Shown here piece by piece: positions 1 to 8,869 of a DNA stretch of 64,000 bases. This DNA comes from an uncultured delta proteobacterium (lineage in GTDB: Bacteria; Myxococcota_A; Polyangia; Polyangiales; Polyangiaceae): the NCBI GenBank assembly GCA_963782055.1, contig CAWAIF010000003.1:1984001-2048000 (forward strand). Reading direction: 5' to 3'. The position numbers and the translations under genes are program-made. Numbering within the stretch: the stretch's first letter is position 1; the number at the start of each line of letters is the position of its first letter. The notes beneath the pieces were generated by a model. It ran no database searches. It was not told the DNA's origin and worked only from the letters and a program-made list of their open reading frames with translations.

Positions 1-40
1 AGGCACGACGTCCCGGGGGCGAGCGGCTGTACGGGCGCCG

Positions 41-1051
41 TCAGGGGACGAGCACGGCGCGGAAGCGGACGCGGTTCTCCATCATCCTGGAGAACGCCTC
101 CTCGGCGCGCTCGAGCGGGAACTTCTCGACCCGCGGCCTGACCTTGGTGCGCGCGGCGAACGCCATCGTCTCCTCCGAGTCGATCGCCGAGCCGCTCGGC
201 CAGCCGGCGATCGTCTTGCCGCTGAGGAGAGGGAACGCCGAGATCTGCATCGGCTCGAACGGGGCCGCCACGATGAGCAGCTTGCCGCGCGGCTTGAGGC
301 CGCCGACCGTCGACGCGATCGCCGTGCTGCTGGGCGCGGTCGCGAGGACGAGGTCGGCCCCGCCGAGGCGCTGGAGGCCCTCGGCCGCGTCGACCGAGCT
401 GGTGTCCACGTAGTCGTCGGCGCCGAGCTCGCGCGCGAGCTTCTCCTTCTGGGCGCCGTGCGAGAGGGCGACGGTGCGGAACCCCAGGCGAGACGCGAAC
501 TGCAGGGCGAGATGTCCGAGCCCGCCGATGCCTTGCACCGCGAGCGTCCCCCCGGGCAGGACGCCGCTGTGGCGGATGGCGTTGAAGGTGGTGATGCCGG
601 CGCACATGAGCGGTCCGGCGTCGGCGGCGTCGAGCGCCTCGGGGATGCGCGCGGCCGCCTGCTGCGGGACGACGGCGTAGTCGGCGTAGCCGCCGTCGAA
701 GCTCACGCCGGTGACGCGCCCGTTCCGGCAGTTGATGAAATGCCCGCCGCGACACGCCGCGCACTCGCCGCAGTGACCGCCGTACCAGCCGACGCCCACC
801 CGGTCGCCGGCCTTCCACATCCGTACGTTGGCGCCGACCGCGTCGACGCGGCCCGCGACCTCGTGTCCGGGCACTCGCGGCAGCACGATGCCCGGGTACC
901 CGCCCGATCGGGTGAGCACGTCGCTGTGGCAGACGCCGCAGGCCTCCACCTTGATCCGGATCTCGTCGGGCCCGGGATCGCGGACCTCTCGCTCGACGAT
1001 CTCGAACGGGGCGTTGGCTTTCGTGGCCTGTACGGCGCGCATCTTCGGCAT
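41..1051 (-). CDS. Zn-dependent alcohol dehydrogenase (MDR family)
   Basis: CGVCHSD, GHE, structural-Zn CxxCxxC...C and GIGGLG motifs. Confidence 0.93.
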   Translation of the reverse strand: MPKMRAVQATKANAPFEIVEREVRDPGPDEIRIKVEACGVCHSDVLTRSGGYPGIVLPRVPGHEVAGRVDAVGANVRMWKAGDRVGVGWYGGHCGECAACRGGHFINCRNGRVTGVSFDGGYADYAVVPQQAAARIPEALDAADAGPLMCAGITTFNAIRHSGVLPGGTLAVQGIGGLGHLALQFASRLGFRTVALSHGAQKEKLARELGADDYVDTSSVDAAEGLQRLGGADLVLATAPSSTAIASTVGGLKPRGKLLIVAAPFEPMQISAFPLLSGKTIAGWPSGSAIDSEETMAFAARTKVRPRVEKFPLERAEEAFSRMMENRVRFRAVLVP

Positions 1052-1191
1052 GGGGTGGCCTCCGGGACGGGTGCGGCGATCGGTCGGCGCAACGTGGGGT
1101 CATGGTGCGCCGGTGTCAACTCGCCGGGCTGGACCTCGCCCGACCGCCGGCAACTGGCCCGGACCGGCCGCCCGCCGTATCCTGCAGGAGG

Positions 1192-2025
1192 ATGGCCAGG
1201 CGTGGCGCAACATGGCGAGGGCTGGCTCTCACGCTCGGCGTGTGGCTCGTCGTCTGCCGCGCGCCGCTCGAGCGCGACGCGCTCGGGTCGGCGCCCGCGT
1301 CCCCCGCGCCTCACCCGAGGGCCGCCGTCGCCGTGCTCGCGCCCGCCACGCCGGCGCCGGACGCGCAGAGCCCGCCGCAGACGTCGTGCCGCGAGGTGGC
1401 GCACGTCGGTGACTCGACGTCGCTCGGCCTCGTCTCGAGGCTCTTCCTGCCCGACGCCGACGACCGCATCGCCGCGCGCTACCACGATGTCGGCGTCGAG
1501 CGCTTCTGGCCGGAGATCAGCGGCGCGCGGAGCATGGTCGAGACCTACCGGCGCCAGCCGAACGCGACGCAGGTCGTCCGGCGTCGCGTCCGCAGCGGGT
1601 ACAAGGGCTGCTGGGTCATGGCGCTCGGCACCAACGATCCGGCGAACACCAGCGGCAACGTCGCGCGGCTGGGCGCGCGCATCGACGCCATCATGAGGCT
1701 CATCGGCGAGCACCGCGACGTGCTCTGGATGACCACCAAGACGCTCAAGCAGAAGGGCCCGTACCGGAACGAGAACATGGCCGGGTGGAACGAGGCGGTG
1801 AAGCGCTCCTGCGCCCGGCACCCCAACGTGCGCGTCTACGACTGGGCCGGCGAGGTGAAGGACGCCTGGTTCGCGCACGACGGCATCCACTACAACTCGC
1901 TCGGGTACCGCGAGCGCGCCGAGCGGATCGCCGACGCCCTCGCGCGCGCCTTCCCGAAGGACGGGCCGCTGCCCTCCGGGTGCCTCGTCCACGTCCACGG
2001 ACGCGTCGAGTCGCGCGCCCGGTAG
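1192..2025 (+). CDS. SGNH/GDSL hydrolase-domain exported protein (OatA C-terminal-like)
   Basis: GDS, GTND and DGIH blocks; N-terminal hydrophobic stretch; ATG 1192 chosen as start. Confidence 0.8.
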   Translation: MARRGATWRGLALTLGVWLVVCRAPLERDALGSAPASPAPHPRAAVAVLAPATPAPDAQSPPQTSCREVAHVGDSTSLGLVSRLFLPDADDRIAARYHDVGVERFWPEISGARSMVETYRRQPNATQVVRRRVRSGYKGCWVMALGTNDPANTSGNVARLGARIDAIMRLIGEHRDVLWMTTKTLKQKGPYRNENMAGWNEAVKRSCARHPNVRVYDWAGEVKDAWFAHDGIHYNSLGYRERAERIADALARAFPKDGPLPSGCLVHVHGRVESRAR

Positions 2026-2268
2026 GACGCCAGCAGTCCGGGTCCGCCTGCAGCCCGTCCTCGGCCAGCTCGTCGAGCCGGCCTCCGCGGACGCGTCGGG
2101 CGCGGGACACGATCGCGCAGCCGCCGCGCGAGGCCATGCCGCGCGCCGGACCGGGGAACGAGTCCCCGAGATCGTCCGGTCGCGCGAAGACGCTCGCGTG
2201 GCGGCTGCGTGCCGCGGGACCGCTCGCGATCGACGGCGTGGAGAGGAGGTCGACCGGCTCTCGCCGAT

Positions 2269-2560
2269 CGGTCCAAAGGTCCCCCGGTGGTGGTAACGGA
2301 GTGGGGGGCCGGACATCGCGCCCGGCTGCTCCCACCCGAGAAGCCGCCACGCAAGGCGCGATCTCACCGGCGTTGCGGCCGGCCCGCGCCACCTGCTCGG
2401 CTCATCGCCGCGCGCGAGGAGACCTCACGACCGGCGATGAACCGCGCGCCGGCGCCGCGGTCTTCGTCATGCTGCGAGCGGGAACCCCCGCGGGCCCCCG
2501 CACGCGCACAACCGCGCCGGGAGCACACCTCAAGACGGCCAGGCCGCCGCGACCTGACCG
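2269..2560 (+). ncRNA. Candidate structured non-coding RNA, family unassigned
   Basis: The 5' and 3' ends pair, G-U wobbles favour the + strand, several internal hairpins, located in an intergenic gap. Confidence 0.35.
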
Positions 2561-2615
2561 CCCCGCTGTGCTTCTCTGCTTGCGGGCGGGCCGGGGAGTC
2601 GGTCAACCTTCCGCC

Positions 2616-3671
2616 ATGACGCGCGCGTGGATGCTCTTGCCGGTGCTCTCCTTCGGTCTGGTTGGCGCCGTGGCGTCGGCGCAGGAGCCGGCCGCAGGCG
2701 CGACGGCGTCGGCCTCTGCCTCGGCGGCCACGCCACCGCCGCTGCCTGCCACGTCGGCCTCCGCGGCCGCCACGCCGTCGGCGTCGGCGAGCGCGGTCCC
2801 GTACCCGCCGCCCGCCGCCGGGGGCATCGCGGGCGCGCCCGCCGCGCCGCCGCCCGCCACCACCGGCGCGCCGGCCCCGGCCGCGTCCCCGCCGCCCGAC
2901 GCGAGCGCTCCACCGCCCCTCCCTGTCGCCGCGGCGCGGCCTCCCGCTCCGGGCGGTCGCTACGTCACCGCCGACACGCCGCTTCGCCTGCGCGATCTCA
3001 TCAAGGTGGAGGCCGACCGCGGTCGCGCGTCACGCTACTTCAGCGCGACGCTCGGCGTGCTGGGCGGGGCGGGCACGCTCGTGAGCGGCTTCGTCATGCT
3101 GGACACCACCAGCGGCGCCGCCGACAACGACCCCAACGCCGAGGCGGTCCGCGTCTACTCGTACCTCGTCATCGGCACCGGCGGACTCATCGCGCTGACC
3201 TCGCTCTACTCCTTCTTCTCCCGCTCCCCCATGGAGCGGCTCTACGACGCCTACGCGCCGGTCGCCGCGGACGGGAGCGTCCCGGTCAGCGTGCGGCTCG
3301 AGCGGGGGGAGTCGGCGCTGGCGGCGATGGCGGAGGCGGACCGCTCGTCGCGCATCATCAGCGGCGTGACCGGCCTCATCGGCGCGGCCGTGCTGGGCGG
3401 CTTCGCCGTCTACTTCGCCGCCAACAGCGGCCTGACGGACTACGACCGCGTCCTGTTCGGCATGGTGGGCGCCCTCTCCGGGGTCGCGGCGGCGGGGAGC
3501 GCCATCGCCTCGCTGACCTTCGAGCGGGGGGAGGCGGAGATCGCCTGGGAGCACTGGCAGGCGTCGCAGGGGATGCTCTCGTCCGGCGAGTCGCAGTCGC
3601 GGCTGACGCTGACGCCGCAGGTGGCCGTGCTGCCCGGCGGGATGCAGGCCGGGCTGGCGGCGCGGTTCTAG
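2616..3671 (+). CDS. Hypothetical exported/membrane protein with Pro/Ala-rich linker
   Basis: Signal peptide MTRAWMLL..., four hydrophobic segments, C-terminal Phe. Confidence 0.75.
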   Translation: MTRAWMLLPVLSFGLVGAVASAQEPAAGATASASASAATPPPLPATSASAAATPSASASAVPYPPPAAGGIAGAPAAPPPATTGAPAPAASPPPDASAPPPLPVAAARPPAPGGRYVTADTPLRLRDLIKVEADRGRASRYFSATLGVLGGAGTLVSGFVMLDTTSGAADNDPNAEAVRVYSYLVIGTGGLIALTSLYSFFSRSPMERLYDAYAPVAADGSVPVSVRLERGESALAAMAEADRSSRIISGVTGLIGAAVLGGFAVYFAANSGLTDYDRVLFGMVGALSGVAAAGSAIASLTFERGEAEIAWEHWQASQGMLSSGESQSRLTLTPQVAVLPGGMQAGLAARF

Positions 3672-3673
3672 AT

Positions 3674-4702
3674 TTAGCTCGCCTCCACCTCGTCCCAGAA
3701 CTCGCCGACCAGCGCCTCCACGCGGGCGCGCACCGGCGCGCTCTCTAGGACCGACTTCACCGCGGGCCAGAGCGCGCGGGCGAGGGGCCTGACATCGGGC
3801 GTGACGGTGACGCCGTAGCGCTCCAGCACCTCGCCGACCGGCTCGGTGGCGTGCAGCTTCACCAGCTCCTCCACCGCGGCCCGCCGCTTCCTCTTCGCGT
3901 CCTCGAGGAGCATGGAGTGCTCCGTCAGGTCGAGCACGATGTCGTGCGCCAGCCCGGAGGTCTCGTCGTCGGCGTTGCGCACCAGCTCGCGGACCTCCCG
4001 CTCGTAGAGCCAGGCCAGGACGCTCTTTTGCACCACCCCGAACTTGGGGTCCTCCATCTTCTGGACGGTGAGGTCAGTCATCTTGTGGAGCGCGCGTCGG
4101 GAGAAGCCCTGGAGGAACTTGCGCATCTCCGGCTCCATGCGCTTCTCCAGCTCGGCCCGCACGTTCTCGATCGACTTGCTCACCGGGCCCAGCCCGAAGG
4201 GGCCGAGGCGCTTGAGGATGCCCGGCAGCCCCCAGTCGGCGACGAACGGGTTGACCTTCTCGTTGAACTCGACGAGCGCGTCGTAGAGCACGTCGCGCAG
4301 CGTCTCCTCCATGGCGTCCTGCTCGATGAGGCGCCGCACGAGCTCCTCGTCGACGAGGTTGGGCCGCTGCAGCAGGCGCTCCAGCTTGCCGCGCGTCTTC
4401 TCCGGCACCAGGTCACCGACCTTGGTCTTGTCCTCGCGCATGGCGGCGACCACCGAGGCGTGCACCGCGCGCGAGAGCGGCCGCACCGCCTTCTCGAAGT
4501 GCTCGGCGGCGAGGGCGGCCTCGACGGCGGCGACGAGACGTTCGGTCTCGACGATCTCGCCGAGCGGCCGCGCGAGGAGCGTCGCGTGCGCGGCGGCCGC
4601 GTCGGCGACGAAGTCCTCCTCCGCTTGCTCGGAGGTGACGCGACGGAGAAAGAACTCGACCTGGCGCGCGCGGAGCTCGGCGGGGGCGGGCAGTGGAGCC
4701 AT
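3674..4702 (-). CDS. Hypothetical alpha-helical protein
   Basis: 342-aa ORF with protein-like composition filling the gap between neighbours. Confidence 0.75.
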   Translation of the reverse strand: MAPLPAPAELRARQVEFFLRRVTSEQAEEDFVADAAAAHATLLARPLGEIVETERLVAAVEAALAAEHFEKAVRPLSRAVHASVVAAMREDKTKVGDLVPEKTRGKLERLLQRPNLVDEELVRRLIEQDAMEETLRDVLYDALVEFNEKVNPFVADWGLPGILKRLGPFGLGPVSKSIENVRAELEKRMEPEMRKFLQGFSRRALHKMTDLTVQKMEDPKFGVVQKSVLAWLYEREVRELVRNADDETSGLAHDIVLDLTEHSMLLEDAKRKRRAAVEELVKLHATEPVGEVLERYGVTVTPDVRPLARALWPAVKSVLESAPVRARVEALVGEFWDEVEAS

Positions 4703-4740
4703 GGCCCCTCTTTACCGCACCGCGGTATGCTCGCGCCATC

Positions 4741-5601
4741 ATGCGCTCGCTCATCCGGAGCACGCTGGGCGCCTTCACCGGCCGCGGCGGGCGCTCGCTC
4801 GCCGGGGCGATCGCCTTCTACGCGATGCTCTCGGTCGCCCCGCTGCTGGTGATCGCCCTCCAGATCGCGGGCGCCCTGACCGGCGCGAGCGCGGCGCGGG
4901 CGGCCCTGCTCGATGACCTGACAGGCTGGGTCGGCAAGGACGGCGCCGCCACCATCATCGCCCTGGTCGACCGCGTGCACCGGCCCGGTGCGGGCTGGCA
5001 CAGCCTGCTGCCCATCGCCGTGATGCTCTACGCTTCGACGCGCCTCTTCAGCCAGCTGAAGCGTGCGCTGGACCAGGTCTGGGCGGTGTCGCCGCCGCAC
5101 GCGGCGGGTCTGCGTGACAAGGTGCGCGCGCAGCTCGGCAAGCGCCTCACCAGCTTCCTGCTCGTGCTTGGCGTCGGCCTCGTTTTGGTGGCGCTGGTCG
5201 CGGTGAGGGCGGGCTACGCGCACGCGGCGAGCGCGCTCGGCGGGGACCGGCCGCTGGCGTGGCGCATCACCGAGACCGGGTCGTCCGTCGCCATCGCCGC
5301 CCTTCTCTTCGCCGTGCTCTTCAAGGTGCTGCCGCACGCGAGCATCCCCTGGCGCGAGGCCCTGCTGGGCGGGCTCATCACCGCGGCCCTCTTCACGGCC
5401 GGCTCGAGCGTCGTCGGGGCGTACCTCTCGCACCGCGACGTCGCCGCGCGCTACGGCGAGGCGGGCTCGGTGGTCGTGCTCCTGCTGTGGGTGCACTACT
5501 CCTCTCAGGTGTTCTTGCTGGGCGCCGCCTTCACCGGCGAGTGGGCGCGGGAGCACGGACACCTGCCCGCCGCCACGCCTGCGCGCGAGGACGCCGCGTA
5601 G
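4741..5601 (+). CDS. YihY/virulence factor BrkB family membrane protein
   Basis: AIAFYAMLSVAP and YGEAGSVVVLLLWVHYSSQVFLLGA motifs. Confidence 0.88.
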   Translation: MRSLIRSTLGAFTGRGGRSLAGAIAFYAMLSVAPLLVIALQIAGALTGASAARAALLDDLTGWVGKDGAATIIALVDRVHRPGAGWHSLLPIAVMLYASTRLFSQLKRALDQVWAVSPPHAAGLRDKVRAQLGKRLTSFLLVLGVGLVLVALVAVRAGYAHAASALGGDRPLAWRITETGSSVAIAALLFAVLFKVLPHASIPWREALLGGLITAALFTAGSSVVGAYLSHRDVAARYGEAGSVVVLLLWVHYSSQVFLLGAAFTGEWAREHGHLPAATPAREDAA

Positions 5602-5736
5602 CGCGCCCGCAGCCGTTGCGTCGCCGCGCGAGCCGTGCGCGTCATCCGGTGGGGTTTCTCCGTGATTTCGGCGGGTTGCCGTGTGGCCCGGTGGAACGGA
5701 AGTTGAATGGACAGCGGGCGAAAGGAGGTGAGTTAC

Positions 5737-6231
5737 ATGGCCAACATCGCAATCCGGAAGGACTCGCCTCAGGCGACGGCCCCTGCCAAGCAGGCCGAAG
5801 CGTGGGAGCCCTTCCGCTCGCTACGAGGTCTGCTGTCGTGGGATCCGTTCCGCGAGATGCAGCCCTACTTCGGCTCGCCCATGTACGAGGAAGAGCGCTA
5901 CCTGCCTGCCTTCGACGTGAAGGAGACGGCGGACGCGTTCCACTTCCAGGCGGACGTCCCCGGCATCAAGGACGCCGACCTGCAGGTGACCGTCACGGGC
6001 AACCGGCTGACGGTGACCGGCAAGCGCGAGGCCGAGCAGAAGAAGCAGACCGACACCTACTACGCCTACGAGCGCAGCTACGGGTCGTTCACCCGCTCCT
6101 TCACGCTGCCCGAGGGCGCCGACGTCCAGAAGACGCAGGCGGACCTCAAGGACGGCGTCCTCTCGGTCATCGTGCCGAAGAAGCCGGAGCAGCAGCCCAA
6201 GACCATCAACGTCAAGACGACGAAGTCCTGA
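5737..6231 (+). CDS. Hsp20/alpha-crystallin small heat-shock protein
   Basis: DVPG, ERSYGSFTRSFTLP, DGVL; strong SD AAGGAGGT. Confidence 0.95.
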   Translation: MANIAIRKDSPQATAPAKQAEAWEPFRSLRGLLSWDPFREMQPYFGSPMYEEERYLPAFDVKETADAFHFQADVPGIKDADLQVTVTGNRLTVTGKREAEQKKQTDTYYAYERSYGSFTRSFTLPEGADVQKTQADLKDGVLSVIVPKKPEQQPKTINVKTTKS

Positions 6232-6244
6232 GCTGAGGTGATTC

Positions 6245-6430
6245 GTGACGCTCATGACGCCGCTTCGCATCTATGACGGCGAGAAAGGGCCGGGCACCGC
6301 CGCGGTGCACTGCCCCAGGCGCGGAAAGCCCACGCCGTTGCTCGTCTGCGAGGCGTGCGCCATGTGCGTTCACGTCTCCCGTCCCAGCGACCCGAGGGAC
6401 TGGGTCGTGATCTGCGCCGCGCCGGGTTGA
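6245..6430 (+). CDS. Small Cys-rich protein (61 aa)
   Basis: SD GAGGTG before GTG; CPRR...CEACAMC...C; directly follows hsp20. Confidence 0.55.
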   Translation: MTLMTPLRIYDGEKGPGTAAVHCPRRGKPTPLLVCEACAMCVHVSRPSDPRDWVVICAAPG

Positions 6431-6503
6431 TCCGGCGGTCTCGGAGTCCGCGAAGAGTTCCCTCCGGCGGGGACGCACGACGCGCGCAGCCGGAGGGCTC
6501 GCG

Positions 6504-7910
6504 TCAGATACGCAGCACGTCCCCGGGCGCCGGGACGTGGATGTCCGGGATGCCGTGCTGCTCCATCTTCTGCTCGAGGACCCGCTGCGACTGCGGCTCG
6601 CCGTGGACCAGCGCCACGTGCGCGAGGTGCCCGGCCTCCTTGACCGCGTCGGCGAAGGCGAGCAGGTCCGCCTGGTCGGCGTGCGCGGAGAAGCCGTTGA
6701 GGACGAAGACCTCCGCCCGCAGATCCCGCTCCACCCCGAAGATGCGCACGCGCGGGCGCCGCTCCACCAGCCGGCGGCCCAGGGTGTGCTGCGCCTGGAA
6801 GCCGACGATGCACACCGCGTTCTTCTCGCTCTCGATGAGGGCCTTGAGGTGATGCACGACGCGCCCGCCCTCGCACATGCCGCTCGCCGAGATGATGACG
6901 CACGGGTCCTTGCTCGCGTCGATGGCCTTGGAGTCGGCGACCTCCGAGATGTAACGCAGGTCTTCGAAGTCGAAGGGCGACTGGTGCCCGGCGAGCAGCG
7001 CGCGTGTCTCGTCGTCGTAGCAGTCGGGGTGCATCTTGAAGACCTCGGTGATGCGCACCGTGAGCGGCGAGTCGACGTAGACCGGCATCGACGGCATCGC
7101 GCCGCGCGCCTTCAGCCGCTTGAGGGCGAAGACGATCTCCTGCGCGCGCTCCAGGGCAAAGCTGGGGATGACGATCTTTCCACCACGCTCGTACACGCGC
7201 TTCAGGACGTGCGCGAGCGCGTCGTCCATCTCCTCGATGGGCGCGTGCAGGCGGTCGCCGTAGGTGCTCTCGCTGATCAGCGTCTGCGCGTCCGGCGGCA
7301 CCTCCGGGTCGCGCAGGATGGGGATGTGCTTGCGGCCCAGATCGCCGGTGAAGACGAGGCGCTTGTCGTGGCCGTCGTCCTCGATGTCCAGGATGGTGAT
7401 CGCGCTGCCCAGGACGTGCCCGGCGTCGACGAAGGTCACGCGCACGCCCGGCGCGATGGTGTGGCGTCGGTGGTAGGGGATGGAGATGGTGGCGTTGAGC
7501 ACGCCCAGCACGTCCTCCGGGCCGTAGAGCGGCTCCACCGGGTCCATCGGGGCGTGGTCCCGCTCGATGGCCCGATTGATGTACTCCGCATCGTACTTCT
7601 GGATCATCGCCGCGTCCTCCAGCATCGCGGCGCACAGGTCGCGGGTGGCGGGCGTGGTGTAGATGGGGCCATCGTAGCCCTGCTTGATCAGCAGCGGCAG
7701 CGCGCCGGAGTGGTCGATGTGGGCGTGCGAGAGGACGACGGCGTCCACGTCGGCGTGGTCGAAGCCCAGGTGCTGGTTCTTCTCAATCGACTCTCGCCGG
7801 CGACCCTGGAAGAGTCCGCAGTCGAGCAGGATGGTGGCGTGCTTGGTGCGCACCAGGTGCTTGCTGCCCGTGACGGTCTGCGCGGCGCCCACGAACTGGA
7901 TCTCGATCAT
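6504..7910 (-). CDS. MBL-fold beta-CASP ribonuclease
   Basis: HAHIDHSG, AGHVLGS, FTGDLG, ESTYG, SASGM and FSAHAD motifs. Confidence 0.93.
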   Translation of the reverse strand: MIEIQFVGAAQTVTGSKHLVRTKHATILLDCGLFQGRRRESIEKNQHLGFDHADVDAVVLSHAHIDHSGALPLLIKQGYDGPIYTTPATRDLCAAMLEDAAMIQKYDAEYINRAIERDHAPMDPVEPLYGPEDVLGVLNATISIPYHRRHTIAPGVRVTFVDAGHVLGSAITILDIEDDGHDKRLVFTGDLGRKHIPILRDPEVPPDAQTLISESTYGDRLHAPIEEMDDALAHVLKRVYERGGKIVIPSFALERAQEIVFALKRLKARGAMPSMPVYVDSPLTVRITEVFKMHPDCYDDETRALLAGHQSPFDFEDLRYISEVADSKAIDASKDPCVIISASGMCEGGRVVHHLKALIESEKNAVCIVGFQAQHTLGRRLVERRPRVRIFGVERDLRAEVFVLNGFSAHADQADLLAFADAVKEAGHLAHVALVHGEPQSQRVLEQKMEQHGIPDIHVPAPGDVLRI

Positions 7911-8058
7911 GGTCGAGAGGGTAGCCAAAACTCGGCGGCGCCGCAGCCTTCGCCAGTGCGGGCGCACGCGCTGCGCGTCCGACTCGGCCGCCCGCGCGCA
8001 TCCGCAGCCGTGGGGGGCCGCTCGTCGTGGTGGCCCTGGCCTTGCAAACGCTGCCCTC

Positions 8059-8829
8059 ATGGCGAAGCGATTCGACGGGATGGTGGCGCTTGTCACCGGG
8101 GCGGCTCGAGGCATCGGCGCGGCGACGTGCCGGCGGCTCGGCGACGAGGGGGCGACGGTCTTCGCGTGCGACGTGCTGGACGAGGAGGGCGAGGCCATGG
8201 TCCGCGACATGACCGCGGGCGAGCGCGACGCCTTCTACCTCCACCTCGACGTCGCGGTGCAGAGCCAGTGGCAGGCGGTCGTGCAGCAGGTGGCCGCGCG
8301 CGCGGGACGTCTGGACGTCCTCGTCAACAACGCCGGGATCGCCCGGCTCGAGGACATCGAGCAGGAGACCGTGGAGGGCTTCGCGCACGTCATCGCGGTC
8401 AACGAGACGGGGGTGTGGCTGGGGATGAAGAGCGCGATGGCGATGCTCAAGCAGTCCGGCGGGAGCATCGTCAACGTCGCGTCCATCCTCGGCACGGTGG
8501 GCGGCAACGGCACCGCCATCGCCTACCAGGCGTCGAAGGGGGCCGTGCGGCTGATGACCAAGAACGCCGCCATCCGCTACGCCAAGGAGGGCGTGCGGGT
8601 GAACTCGGTGCACCCGGGCTACATCGAGACGCCGATGGTGGCGCCCTTCCTCTCCGGCGAGACGGAGGTCGCCACGCAGATGCGCGCGTACGTGGAGGCG
8701 ACCACGCCGATGGGGCGGCTCGGCCGCTCGGAGGAGGTCGCCGCGGCGATCGCCTTCCTGGCGAGCCGCGACGCGACCTACGTGACCGGCAGCGAGCTCT
8801 ACGTCGACGGCGGCTGGACCGCGTGGTGA
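8059..8829 (+). CDS. Short-chain dehydrogenase/reductase
   Basis: TGAARGIG, NNAG, YQASK, VDGG. Confidence 0.93.
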   Translation: MAKRFDGMVALVTGAARGIGAATCRRLGDEGATVFACDVLDEEGEAMVRDMTAGERDAFYLHLDVAVQSQWQAVVQQVAARAGRLDVLVNNAGIARLEDIEQETVEGFAHVIAVNETGVWLGMKSAMAMLKQSGGSIVNVASILGTVGGNGTAIAYQASKGAVRLMTKNAAIRYAKEGVRVNSVHPGYIETPMVAPFLSGETEVATQMRAYVEATTPMGRLGRSEEVAAAIAFLASRDATYVTGSELYVDGGWTAW

Positions 8830-8854
8830 GCGACGCGTCGGTGCGCGCCTCGTG

Positions 8855-8869
8855 TAGGATGCGCCCATG
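8855..8869 (+). promoter_or_regulatory. Putative -10 box with leaderless start codon (5' exon of intron copy 1)
   Basis: TAGGAT, 6 nt, ATG; no SD. Confidence 0.55.

Noticed and set aside
5692..5707. sigma54 promoter for hsp20 (TGGAACGGAAGTTGAA)
   Set aside because: Lacks the conserved GC at -12; too weak to call
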